The translations under genes and the position numbers were made by a program. The notes beneath the pieces were generated by a model. That model had not been told where the DNA came from, ran no database searches, and worked only from the letters and a program-made list of their open reading frames with translations. This document shows, piece after piece, positions 10,492-19,796 of a stretch of 64,000 nt of DNA. Numbering within the stretch: the stretch's first letter is position 1; the number at the start of each line of letters is the position of its first letter. The stretch is from an uncultured Verrucomicrobiae bacterium (GTDB lineage Bacteria > Verrucomicrobiota > Verrucomicrobiia > Chthoniobacterales > JAFAMB01): contig CAVXLD010000001.1 in the NCBI GenBank assembly GCA_963762565.1, positions 992,001 through 1,056,000 on the forward strand, given 5' to 3'.

Positions 10492-11588
10492 GGTTTTTTT
10501 CTTCTCTCTTGGTTCTCGCTCTGGTTTTTGGCTTCACGGTTTGCCGGGCATCGGCGTTCAATTGGACAATCCTCAAAGAGAATGGACGTGATTACATTCC
10601 TTTGACCGATCTGGCCCGGTTCTACGATTTCAATACCGCAGAAGTTTCTAACGGAGTCTGCACACTCAATTGCACTGCCGTCCATTTCCAATGCGCATCG
10701 GGTTCCCGCGATCTTTTCCTCAACGGGCTGAAGTTCATCCTTAGTCTCCCAATTCTCGATATCCAGGGTACGCTTTGTATCTCACGGTTGGATTTGGCGA
10801 AGTTGGTCGACCCGGTGCTTCGTCCAACCAAAATTTCTGCATCACCCGTGCGAACGGTGGTCATCGACCCCGGCCATGGAGGAACAGACTCTGGTGCTCG
10901 GGGAATGTTAGGGAACGAGAAAGATTATACTCTCGATGTAGCGCTGCGAGCAGCCGACCTCTTTACTAGAGCCGGTTTTAATGTGCGCATGACCCGGTCC
11001 AGCGATGTTTACGTTCCGCTGGAAAGCCGAGCGCTATTCGCCAGTTTTCAGCCCGACGCTGTCTTTCTCAGCATTCACTTCAATTACGGAATGGGCCCCA
11101 CCGCAGAAGGAGTTGAGACATATTGCCTGGCGCCGAGAGGTGTTCCCTCGACCAACGATCTCGGTCTCACCTTTGCCGATTTTGAGGAGTGTACCGGTAA
11201 TGTTCGAGACCCTGAGAATATTGCTTTGGCGACAGCGATCCATGCTTCGCTCATTACCCGGTTGGTCGTTCCCGACCGAGGAGTTAAACGGGCTCGATTT
11301 CTGGTGCTCCGGAATAACGCTATTCCCGGTGTGCTGATCGAAGGCGGATTTCTGACCAACCCGAGGGACGCACTTCGGGTGGCTTCCCCAGCCTATCGGG
11401 AATTGTTAGCAGACGCTATTGTGCGTGGTGTGATGTCCTACAATCGCGCAATTGCTCGTGGATCCCTTAGGCCGCCAGCCGATATTTCCGCTAAACCTCC
11501 ACCTGTAGGCGGATCGGAGACTTTCTCCGGCAGCCTCATCTGGGATCCCCTCACTTCCAATGTCTTCTCTCGAGACGTCGAACCCTAG
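10452..11588 (+). CDS. N-acetylmuramoyl-L-alanine amidase (Amidase_3)
   Basis: VIDPGHGG, NEK, FLSIHFN, VLIEGGFLTN; hydrophobic signal after ATG 10452 (start inferred). Confidence 0.92.
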   Translation: MGFYSRSFAFIRGWFFSSLLVLALVFGFTVCRASAFNWTILKENGRDYIPLTDLARFYDFNTAEVSNGVCTLNCTAVHFQCASGSRDLFLNGLKFILSLPILDIQGTLCISRLDLAKLVDPVLRPTKISASPVRTVVIDPGHGGTDSGARGMLGNEKDYTLDVALRAADLFTRAGFNVRMTRSSDVYVPLESRALFASFQPDAVFLSIHFNYGMGPTAEGVETYCLAPRGVPSTNDLGLTFADFEECTGNVRDPENIALATAIHASLITRLVVPDRGVKRARFLVLRNNAIPGVLIEGGFLTNPRDALRVASPAYRELLADAIVRGVMSYNRAIARGSLRPPADISAKPPPVGGSETFSGSLIWDPLTSNVFSRDVEP

Positions 11589-12411
11589 CCGGCCAGATCA
11601 ACCCATCGGTGTTTTCGATTCGGGCATCGGCGGACTCACTGTTGTCCGAGCCATCAAGGATGCACTGCCGAAAGAAGACATCTTCTATTTAGGCGATACC
11701 GCGCGTTTACCCTATGGCAATAAGGATCGAACCACCATTGAGCGGTACAGCTTGGAGATCGCCGGCTTGCTCACCGTTGAGGGCGCTAAGGTGATCGTGG
11801 TAGCTTGTAACACCGCCTCAGCTTTGGCGTTGCCTCGGCTTCAAGAAGTCTTTCGAATCCCGATCATCGGCGTAATCGAATCGGGCGCCCGAGCAGCTGT
11901 TGCCGCTACGCGCGAAAAACGCGTTGGGATTATCGGCACCCGAGCCACCGTCGCCAGCGGTGCTTATGAACGAGCAATCCACGCTATCGACCCGGCGATC
12001 GCGGTTCTCAGCCAGCCTTGCCCTCTCCTGGTCCCCCTTATTGAAGAAGGAATGTTCGATCACCCGGTCACGATCGAGATGTTGCATGACTATCTAGACC
12101 CGCTAATGACCGAGGGAATCGATACGTTGGTGCTGGCCTGCACCCATTATCCTCTGCTGAAGAAGGCGATCGCCGGAATGACGGGCGATGAAATTATCCT
12201 CGTTGATTCAGCCGAGAATTGCGCGGCAAACGTGCAACAACTTCTGACCCAATCACAGTTAGCGAACACCGCTGAACGCCCGGGTAACCTACAGGTCGCT
12301 CTCACTGATAGTTCCAACCCGTTCTTCAAGACCGCAGATCGGGCCCTCGAACTGAACATTAACCGAGTGCAAACCCGGATCGTCCAAGGGGTGACCTTGG
12401 CGGCGCTGTAA
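11560..12411 (+). CDS. murI: Glutamate racemase
   Basis: FDSGIGGLTV, PYG, ACNTAS, LACTHYP. Confidence 0.96.
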   Translation: MSSLETSNPSRPDQPIGVFDSGIGGLTVVRAIKDALPKEDIFYLGDTARLPYGNKDRTTIERYSLEIAGLLTVEGAKVIVVACNTASALALPRLQEVFRIPIIGVIESGARAAVAATREKRVGIIGTRATVASGAYERAIHAIDPAIAVLSQPCPLLVPLIEEGMFDHPVTIEMLHDYLDPLMTEGIDTLVLACTHYPLLKKAIAGMTGDEIILVDSAENCAANVQQLLTQSQLANTAERPGNLQVALTDSSNPFFKTADRALELNINRVQTRIVQGVTLAAL

Positions 12412-12413
12412 AA

Positions 12414-12832
12414 GCAGGAGCTAGGAGCTAGTCAGGGGAGGCGCCACGCGCCTTGTCGCAATCGTTCTCGAAGGGTTTGTGCGGCCGTGAATGTGTCGCT
12501 CCCCAGCGCCTGGAGGGGAGCCGCTTTGTAGGTTGGCAGCTCTGTCGGTTGGCTGCAGGCGGCTCCCGGGAATAACCACTGGTAGTGTTTTGTCGAGCGC
12601 CTTCGTTACTCCAATCGCTCTCCGTGATAGAACCGACGCTGGGTCATTCCCGGGGAGCCGCCTGCTCGCAACCATCAGAGCTGCCAACCTATAAAGCGGC
12701 TCCCCTCCAGGCGCTGGGTGTCACACGTACTCCCCGCATTCCCAATTTTCGAGGACGAGGACGACGACGAGAACGATTACGACATGCCGCAGCGCCCCCA
12801 CTAGCTCCTAGATTCTAGCTCCTAGCTCCTGC
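12414..12832. repeat. Composite intergenic element: inverted CTAGGAG heptamer arms enclosing family A copy 2 (12502-12718) and a GAGGAC/GACGAC tract
   Basis: GCAGGAGCTAGGAGCTAG versus CTAGCTCCTAGCTCCTGC. Inner near-perfect hairpin CCCAGCGCCTGGAGGGGAGCCGCTTTGTAGGTTGGCAGCTCTG versus CAGAGCTGCCAACCTATAAAGCGGCTCCCCTCCAGGCGCTGGG. Confidence 0.88.
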
Positions 12833-12846
12833 TTCAAGACCCGCCC

Positions 12847-14157
12847 CTACCCCAGATATGGTATCGTCAGCGGCCCTTGCGGCAGAACCGCAATCCGTGC
12901 TCCATCTCCTGCCCGATCCAGACGCTCTCTCACCGCTTGGGCGATATCATGGCAGGGCTGCAGTTTTGCCTCCGAAACCTTTTCATCCGAGAGTCCGCTG
13001 TAGACCAACACTTCCGCCCGTCGCTGGATCACCATCTGCACGATCACCTGCCATTGTTCCGGTTCTTCCCGGGTTGGGTCTGTGATGTACCGGAACAAAG
13101 CTTCAAATGAGTCTGAGTGCTTTAACAGACGCTCGTAAGGACTGCCGTTCGGTACTCCGTCAGAACATTCGCTAGCGATAATGATGGTTCCGCCTTTCCG
13201 AACGATTCTAGCAGCAGCACTCATCCCTTTTACCGCTTGATAAAGATTTTGGTCCAGCGGGTAACCGCTGTTGGTCGTAACCACTACTTCATAGGGCGCC
13301 GTCACCTTCTGCATCGCGGTTTGCCGCACGAAATCGCAGCCTTCACGATGGGCGCTGATCAAGTGTCCGGAAAAGACTCCAGTGATTTCGCGACTCTCGT
13401 TAAGCGTCACGTTCACGAGAAAACTTTCCCCAACTAACAACGCCAAGTCGCGCATCTCTTCCCAGATCGGATTTCCCTCGAGCACACCAAACGAGGCTTG
13501 CGGATTGCTAAGATTTACGCCGCTGTGATTCTGCAAAACGGTGCGCAACCCAGCCACGCCCGGCATAATCCCTTTCGGTCCTCCACTGAACCCGGCAAAG
13601 AAATGAGGTTCGATAAACCCAGTGCTGATTCGAACATCCGCTTCGACCACGCGCCGGTTAATTAACGCCGGGCCACCGGCTCGGGTGGTTCCAACCTGCA
13701 CCAATTCATTCGGATCATCGGCGTTATGATTCAGCACTCGATACCGCTCTACCACCTCGTCAGTCAGCAATTGTCGCAGCTCTGCGTCCGTGTTTGGCCT
13801 ATGCGTCCCTGTGCCGTTGATGAGGGTGATGTTGCTCGCCGGAACTACCTCAATCAGATACTCGAGCAACCACGGTATGATCCGTTCATTCGGAGTCGCC
13901 CGGGTGATGTCCGTAAAGACAATGCAAACCCGAGCATCGGGAAAAAGATGCTCTCGAAGCGACCTGCTTCCGATGGGATGATTCAGCGACCGTAAGAAAC
14001 TCTCTTTCTCGTCTTTCAAGCCGGGTACCGACACCGGCTCGATGACATCGGTCCGGTCTCCCGGCAATTCAACGTCGAGAAACCCGCGTCCGTAGGCGAG
14101 CTGAACTGTACGGGTTGGGTCCACCTTCCACGATATACCAGCATCTCCAGGGGACAA
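12847..14157 (-). CDS. larA: Nickel-pincer-dependent lactate racemase family (LarA homolog)
   Basis: DITR, GTHR, PHFFAGFSGGPKGIMPG, YPLDQNLYQAVKG. Exact start uncertain. Confidence 0.88.
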   Translation of the reverse strand: MSPGDAGISWKVDPTRTVQLAYGRGFLDVELPGDRTDVIEPVSVPGLKDEKESFLRSLNHPIGSRSLREHLFPDARVCIVFTDITRATPNERIIPWLLEYLIEVVPASNITLINGTGTHRPNTDAELRQLLTDEVVERYRVLNHNADDPNELVQVGTTRAGGPALINRRVVEADVRISTGFIEPHFFAGFSGGPKGIMPGVAGLRTVLQNHSGVNLSNPQASFGVLEGNPIWEEMRDLALLVGESFLVNVTLNESREITGVFSGHLISAHREGCDFVRQTAMQKVTAPYEVVVTTNSGYPLDQNLYQAVKGMSAAARIVRKGGTIIIASECSDGVPNGSPYERLLKHSDSFEALFRYITDPTREEPEQWQVIVQMVIQRRAEVLVYSGLSDEKVSEAKLQPCHDIAQAVRERLDRAGDGARIAVLPQGPLTIPYLG

Positions 14158-14226
14158 ACCTAAGTAATCAGTAAATTCAAGTCTCAGCGCCGGCTTTACC
14201 GCTCTTCACTGATTACTGCTTACTGA

Positions 14227-14719
14227 TTATTTTGTGCCACCTGGAGAGGCGCTTGCAGCCGGAGAAGCAGCCGGAGAAGCAGCCGGAGAAGCGGGCGGAG
14301 CGGGTCGGACGATATCCGCGTCGATCATCTTCGGGTACTCGATACTCACTCCGCCGAGCGTGTCTAGCCGAGCTGCATCACTCAGATCGGCAAAGCTGTA
14401 TATCGCCAGTCGTTGATCCGATAGCCAACCAGCACGGACCCCGACGTCTCCTTTATAGGACACGACATTCCCGTTGCCATCTCCCGGGCTCTCGTTAACC
14501 CGAAGAATAGAGACATTAGTGGTTACGGTCGATCCAACCCATTGCTGGCAAGACCGATGAAACACAACCGCCTTGAATTTGCCGTTTGGAGAAATCTCCT
14601 CGGACGAAACCGCGTTAGTACAAGGCACAGAAGGCCTCGAGCAAGCCGAGAGTATGCCGACCAGGGCAGCTACAGCCCCAAATAGCTAATCGGTTGTGAA
14701 AGTTCCACCAGACGCGCAT
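14227..14719 (-). pseudogene. Lipoprotein gene with a +1 frameshift in a G4 run (or sequencing error)
   Basis: ATG 14719 reads MRVWWNFHNRLAIW. Removing one base of CCCC 14676-14679 joins it to AVAALVGILSA-C (lipobox) and the 14227..14628 ORF. Span is 493 nt = 3n+1. Confidence 0.7.
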
Positions 14720-14763
14720 CCGGTAGAATCGGTGAAAAGTGAAAGGTGAAAAGTGAAAGGTTC

Positions 14764-15004
14764 TGGTAGGGCGAGGCTCCCGCATTTCCCAGCGAAGCGA
14801 TCAGCGCCGGGAATGGTTTCTTAACCGCGCGTAACGCTAGGCCGACTGGCCCGCCGAGCCGTTGACGCTGCGTGTGCCACGCCTGAAGGGAAAATCACAC
14901 GCGCAACCACGGCTCGGCGCGCGTTCGACATCGCAAGTTACATCTAAAAATCACACCACCCCCTCCGCGACAGCCCCTGGTCGTATAGGAGCCTCGCCCT
15001 ACCA
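14764..15004. repeat. REPIN-like element, family B copy 1
   Basis: TGGTAGGGCGAGGCTCC...GCCGAGCCGT...ACGGCTCGGC...GGAGCCTCGCCCTACCA; preceded by GTGAAAA/G heptamers at 14732-14760. Confidence 0.85.
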
Positions 15005-15006
15005 AG

Positions 15007-15516
15007 TTACGCTTCCCGCGCCCGCTTCCTATTTCGAAAAACCGTGCAAATCCCCTTCATTCGGGTGAGCACATAGTAAACCGTGTGACTGCGAGCCCTT
15101 ACGAGTTCTGACCCGATAATTTTGGGGACGAAATCACTAGGTAGATCGAGGACCTCAGACAACGTCGCTCCTTCCAAGCCGCGGCAAAGGATCGAGGTCA
15201 TAGCCTTAGTGAGTGTCTGCACCTGCGGTCCCAGCGTGATACGGAAACGGACTTTGTTTCCTTCTGACACTCCTAAGAAAACGCCAACGGTGTCGGCACA
15301 TTCTTCGTCTTTCCGAATGTCCTCCAGATCGAACGATTCCCCTTCCCGCGGTCGCCACTTCGCCGTTTGCTCGGCGTAAGAAATCAAAGTCTCACGTTTC
15401 TCTTCGTCAGGAAGAGATACGAACAGATCGATGATGCTTTGCAGGCCGGTTGGATAGACAGAGGTGGAATCCACAACCTCTAACGATCCCAACTCATCCA
15501 GTTCCTCGCAATCCAT
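15007..15516 (-). CDS. SufE family sulfur-acceptor protein
   Basis: Acceptor Cys region RKDEECADTV, TLTKAMTSIL, PSDFVPKII; downstream of a rhodanese gene. True start probably further downstream. Confidence 0.75.
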   Translation of the reverse strand: MDCEELDELGSLEVVDSTSVYPTGLQSIIDLFVSLPDEEKRETLISYAEQTAKWRPREGESFDLEDIRKDEECADTVGVFLGVSEGNKVRFRITLGPQVQTLTKAMTSILCRGLEGATLSEVLDLPSDFVPKIIGSELVRARSHTVYYVLTRMKGICTVFRNRKRAREA

Positions 15517-15820
15517 TTGTTTTTGTTACGGTAGGCCAACGCCAGGGAGGGATCGCTGCCTGTCCGACATAGCCCTCTGTGTTGGGGCGGTTCTTGCTCA
15601 GTGTCGGCGACGTCGGATCCTCGCGATCCGCCGCGCCCGAAGCGACTGGCGTTGCTAAACCCGCGGTCATTTCGGCGCCCCTAGACTTCGGCAACGACCC
15701 ATTGGCGCGCGACGCCGCCGCTGCGCTATGGCGCGCCCTACCTCGAGGTCTCATAACGCCAGAGAACATGGCCGCGACGAAGGCCTTGCGTAGTCGGGAC
15801 GCGCGCCTCCCGGTTGATCG

Positions 15821-16678
15821 TTACGGTTTCTGGATCGGAACACGCACGCTATTTCCCCACTCTGTCCACGAGCCGTCGTAGTTCCGGACGTCCTCGAAAT
15901 CGAGAAGCTTGGTCAGCACGAACCAGGTGTGGCTGGAGCGTTCACCGATTCGGCAATACACCACGGTGTGGTCGGACGGAGAAAAGTTTAGGTTCTCGAC
16001 GTAAATCTTTCTCAATTCTTCCGCCGACTTAAACGTCCCGTCATCCTTAACTGCCGTTTTCCAAGGTACGCTTTTTGCCGCCGGAATATGTCCTCCGCGC
16101 AACACACCTTCTTGCGGGTATTCCGGCATGTGAGTGATCTCGCCTTTGAATTCGCCCGGCGATCGGACGTCAATCAATGGTTTCCCGGCTTTGCTTTGCG
16201 CGAGTGCCTCTTCTTTGAACGCACGAATTTCGCTGTCTTTGCGGTCCGACGGAGTCGGGTATTTCGTCGCAGGATACTGCGGTTTTTCTTTCGTTACCGG
16301 CCTGCCTTCAGCAATCCATTTATCCCGTCCGCCATTCACGATTCGCATATCCTTGTGTCCGAATAGCGAAAACACCCAGAGAGCATAACAGGCCCACCAA
16401 TTGGACTTGTCTCCGTAAAAGATCAACGTTGTCTCAGGCGTGATGCCGATCGATTCGGCCAGCTTGGAAAACCCTGCCGGATCGATATAATCACGGACGG
16501 TTTGATCGTTTAAATCTCTACGCCAATCAACATGGACAGCACCCGGAATATGGCCGGTATCGTAAAGCAACACGTCCTCGTTGCTTTCAATGATCCTCAC
16601 CTTGGGATCACTCAGATGTTCGGCCACCCAATCGGTGCTGACCAACGACTCGGGGTGAGCATAATTTTGAGAGCTCAT
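15821..16678 (-). CDS. Tandem-domain rhodanese/thiosulfate sulfurtransferase (SseA/CysA type)
   Basis: [30 protein letters not shown]. Confidence 0.95.
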   Translation of the reverse strand: MSSQNYAHPESLVSTDWVAEHLSDPKVRIIESNEDVLLYDTGHIPGAVHVDWRRDLNDQTVRDYIDPAGFSKLAESIGITPETTLIFYGDKSNWWACYALWVFSLFGHKDMRIVNGGRDKWIAEGRPVTKEKPQYPATKYPTPSDRKDSEIRAFKEEALAQSKAGKPLIDVRSPGEFKGEITHMPEYPQEGVLRGGHIPAAKSVPWKTAVKDDGTFKSAEELRKIYVENLNFSPSDHTVVYCRIGERSSHTWFVLTKLLDFEDVRNYDGSWTEWGNSVRVPIQKP

Positions 16679-16717
16679 AAGTTACCGATACTAGCCTGGA
16701 TCAGTACCAGGTCAACC

Positions 16718-16780
16718 AAACTATACTCAACCAGTCGGCTAAAGTATACTCAACAGGTCGAGTAAAATATACTTCCCAGT
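16718..16780. promoter_or_regulatory. Three 23-bp-period operator-like repeats upstream of the sulfurtransferase
   Basis: AAACTATACTCAACCAGTCGGCT / AAAGTATACTCAACAGGTCGAGT / AAAATATACTTCCCAGT, with internal dyad TACTC-N8-GAGTA. Confidence 0.5.
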
Positions 16781-16955
16781 ATGATTTTTAGAGTTTCAAC
16801 ATGCGAGTCCGCTTTTGATTAAAAATATCAATCCAAATCATTGATTTTCTTTATATATTTAGTTAAATACCGCGTTTCGATTTGTATTATTAAGCACTCA
16901 AAGCGAGCGCCCCTTGCTTTTCAGACACTAATCCGATCAACCGAGTTTTAAGGCT

Positions 16956-18437
16956 ATGACTACGACCATTCACGACGAACAACTCAAATCGGCCTCGCCC
17001 GGCGCTGAAGGATCGCACCAAAGCGAAGCGACGGCGGAACCGACTGAAACCACGTTCGACTGGCCTCTGGCCTACCAAGCTGAAAGTCTAGTCCGAGATC
17101 TTATCTCAGGGTTCCTAGGGAAAAACTCGGCCTCGCAATCGCTGGCCAAAGACTTGTCGGAAAAGACCGGCAGCGACTTTCTGGAATGGGTGGACCATTT
17201 CACGTTGGCGCCCGAACATGAACTGGAACTCCGAGATGCCGGATTCATCAACGAACCGGTGAGAGCTCAAGCCGGCCAAACGGTGTTTTATCACCCGCGC
17301 GCAATGTTGCCACGAGTGCTGGTCCGGCCCGCAGGCAGCGTGAACTCGGTTCCAGCAAAATTGGCGATCCGGCCGGAATCAGTCGTCGATTTTGTTGCTC
17401 GACAGCAGTTGTCCGGAAAAATCCAGGGAGCGTTCGGAGATCGCCTGCGCGAGGTCGTCATAGGCGCCGAAAGCGGTCATACTTTTAGTGCAATTGAGCG
17501 ATTGGCCTATCGGGACTTCGTTGAGCCAGACCGTGTTCCCGGCTTTGCCGCTGAGGTCATGGCCGTACGCGAGCTTTGGAGAAGCCGAAAGCGCGATTTC
17601 CCAAAAGACGAGGACGGAGTCCGGCATGCGTTGGCCTTACAGCAAGAAGCAATCGACCGGGTCGGAGCGGATGTCGCCTGTGAGCTTTTTTTTGCCGAAG
17701 AGCGCACCTACTGGGAACTCAGGAATCGAGCCGGCCGAATCCAAAAACGGAGACAAGATCTGCTCGGCCTAGGCTGGGGCAATCACGACCATCATACTTT
17801 CCGCTCATCGCGCCGGTTCTTTGCGGATCTAGTGACTTTCCTGCAGAATTTCGGCTTCCAGAAACGGGAGCGGTATTATGCCGGAGCTGAAGCCGGTTGG
17901 GGCGCTCAGATCCTGGAACACGCCGTTACCGGGATCACGGTCTTTGCCGACGTCGATTTGATGCCGGAGGAGACAGCGATCGATTTTTCCAGTCAGCGGT
18001 TACAAGAAGCGCCGGTGTTGCGAACAGTTGGGCTTTGGTGCGCCTTACATGGGGACAGTTTCTTGCAAGCAGGGATGCATCATCTCGAAGCTCGGTTCGA
18101 GTTTGAAAATCTTCGAGCTCAATTGGCCGATGAGGGCGTCACCACGATGAACCCGTTCTCGAACTTCGATTTCCTGAAGCAAGCCTTTACTCAGGGCGAA
18201 CGGTGGCAGGTGAATCCAAAACGAGTAGAGACCCTGCTGGAACGCGATCTCATTACAAAGGAGCAAGCCGCAAAGTTTTTGGAAGAAGGTGCTGTGGGTA
18301 GTCATTTAGAGAACTTACAGCGCCGAGGCGGTTTCAAGGGGTTCAACCAAAAATCGGTCAGCGTCATCATTCAGGCGACAGACCCACGCCGCGCTTACAG
18401 CGCAAATGACAAATCCCAAATAACAAATGACAAATAA
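16956..18437 (+). CDS. Conserved hypothetical protein, probable VOC/HPPD/DUF1338-like Fe(II) enzyme
   Basis: Motifs NHDHHTFRS, GMHHLEARF, SHLENLQRRGGFKGF...IIQATD; first gene of the lysine-catabolism-like cluster. Confidence 0.6.
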   Translation: MTTTIHDEQLKSASPGAEGSHQSEATAEPTETTFDWPLAYQAESLVRDLISGFLGKNSASQSLAKDLSEKTGSDFLEWVDHFTLAPEHELELRDAGFINEPVRAQAGQTVFYHPRAMLPRVLVRPAGSVNSVPAKLAIRPESVVDFVARQQLSGKIQGAFGDRLREVVIGAESGHTFSAIERLAYRDFVEPDRVPGFAAEVMAVRELWRSRKRDFPKDEDGVRHALALQQEAIDRVGADVACELFFAEERTYWELRNRAGRIQKRRQDLLGLGWGNHDHHTFRSSRRFFADLVTFLQNFGFQKRERYYAGAEAGWGAQILEHAVTGITVFADVDLMPEETAIDFSSQRLQEAPVLRTVGLWCALHGDSFLQAGMHHLEARFEFENLRAQLADEGVTTMNPFSNFDFLKQAFTQGERWQVNPKRVETLLERDLITKEQAAKFLEEGAVGSHLENLQRRGGFKGFNQKSVSVIIQATDPRRAYSANDKSQITNDK

Positions 18438-18547
18438 CAAGATGAACGACGGATACCTGAGAAACAAAGAACCGAAGCCCGAGACGGTGCGAGTCGCTCT
18501 CTCGATGCTCCCTATCAATTTGTTATCTGTCATTTGTCATTTGTCAT
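18405..18547. repeat. Inverted AATGACA/AATAACA heptamer arms
   Basis: AATGACAAATCCCAAATAACAAATGACAAATAACAA versus TTTGTTATCTGTCATTTGTCATTTGTCAT. Confidence 0.8.
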
Positions 18548-18558
18548 AAATTCTTGCC

Positions 18559-19665
18559 ATGCGAATTGGAATCATTGGTGCAGGGAAAATTGGGGGATCG
18601 ATTGCCGCGCTGTTGGAGACGTGCGGTTTTTGCGACGAAGTACGGCTAGCTGATAATCGTCCCTTGGACAGCCTGCAGACGTTACCGAAGTCTTCAAGCC
18701 ATATTCTAGATGTCACGTCGCAACCGGCGTTGCGAACATTCGTAGACTCCTGCGACGTGGTCGTGAGTGCTGCACCGTTCTATCTGAACAAAACGATCGC
18801 CTCTGCTTGCGCCGATCTTGAGCGGTCTTATTTCGACCTGACCGAGGATGTTGAAACGACGAATTTCGTGCGCGAGTTGAGCCAGGGCCGGCGCAGCACT
18901 TTCATGCCCCAGTGCGGGCTCGCACCTGGAGCCATTAATATTATTGCTAGCGGTATCGCTAACACCTTCAAACAGATCAGGACCGTGGAAATGCGGGTCG
19001 GCGCACTGCCTTTGTCCGCCAGTAACCAGATGAAGTATTACCTAAGCTGGAGCACTGCCGGATTAATCAACGAATATTGCCAGTTTGGCGAAGCGTTGAT
19101 CCAAGGCCGGCGACTGTTAACGAATCCTCTGGATGGCGTGGAGCGCTTAACCATCGACGGGGTGGAATATGAAGCATTCAACACTTCCGGTGGTGTGGCC
19201 ACGATGTGCGAGAGTTTCGAAGGCAAAGTCACCGACCTTAGCTATAAGACGCTGCGTTATCCCGGTCATCGGGACCTGATGAAGTTCCTGTTGGTTGACT
19301 TAAATTTGTGCCAGAAGCAGGACGTGCTAACGCAGATCTTCGACCAAGAGATCCCGTTGACCTTTAATGATGTCGTTGTGGTTTACGTCAACTCTGTAGG
19401 CTCCGACGGCGGCGCCCTTCTACAGAGGAGCTTCGTGAAAAAGATCTATGCGGGTCAGGTCAGTGGCCGATCCCTTTCCGCGATCCAACTTTCGACTGCC
19501 GCCGGAATAGTCGGTGCGCTTGAGTTGTTTGCCAACAAACAACTGCCCAGCGGTTTTGTGCGGCAAGAATCAATCAGCCTCAGCCAATTTTTTGAGACCC
19601 AGTGGGGCGGCCGAGTCTACGGCGAAGCCGAAACCGTCGCTCCGCGATTCAGTGTACAGACCTGA
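18559..19665 (+). CDS. Saccharopine dehydrogenase family / lysine 6-dehydrogenase-like
   Basis: GAGKIG, YFDLTED, PQCGLAPG, VGALP, LSWSTAGLINEY, AFNTSGG, YKTLRYPGH. Confidence 0.9.
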   Translation: MRIGIIGAGKIGGSIAALLETCGFCDEVRLADNRPLDSLQTLPKSSSHILDVTSQPALRTFVDSCDVVVSAAPFYLNKTIASACADLERSYFDLTEDVETTNFVRELSQGRRSTFMPQCGLAPGAINIIASGIANTFKQIRTVEMRVGALPLSASNQMKYYLSWSTAGLINEYCQFGEALIQGRRLLTNPLDGVERLTIDGVEYEAFNTSGGVATMCESFEGKVTDLSYKTLRYPGHRDLMKFLLVDLNLCQKQDVLTQIFDQEIPLTFNDVVVVYVNSVGSDGGALLQRSFVKKIYAGQVSGRSLSAIQLSTAAGIVGALELFANKQLPSGFVRQESISLSQFFETQWGGRVYGEAETVAPRFSVQT

Positions 19666-19796
19666 TCATGAAGAAGTAATCAGTAATCAGTGTGTCAGTA
19701 ATCAGTTCGGAAGCAGCCCGCGTCTCAACTGAATACTGATTACGTCTCCCTTTGTGCACGAAAAGAAACCTCGCGAAAACTTACTCAAACCGAGCT

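Noticed and set aside
12421..12818. Short ORFs across family A repeats (shared GGEPL / QSGSPPG peptides, also near 4.8, 23.8 and 47.5 kb)
   Set aside because: The peptide similarity comes from the DNA palindrome; frames and lengths are not conserved.
16780..16955. Lysine riboswitch upstream of the lysine operon
   Set aside because: The region is AT-rich and lacks the conserved L-box stems and motifs.
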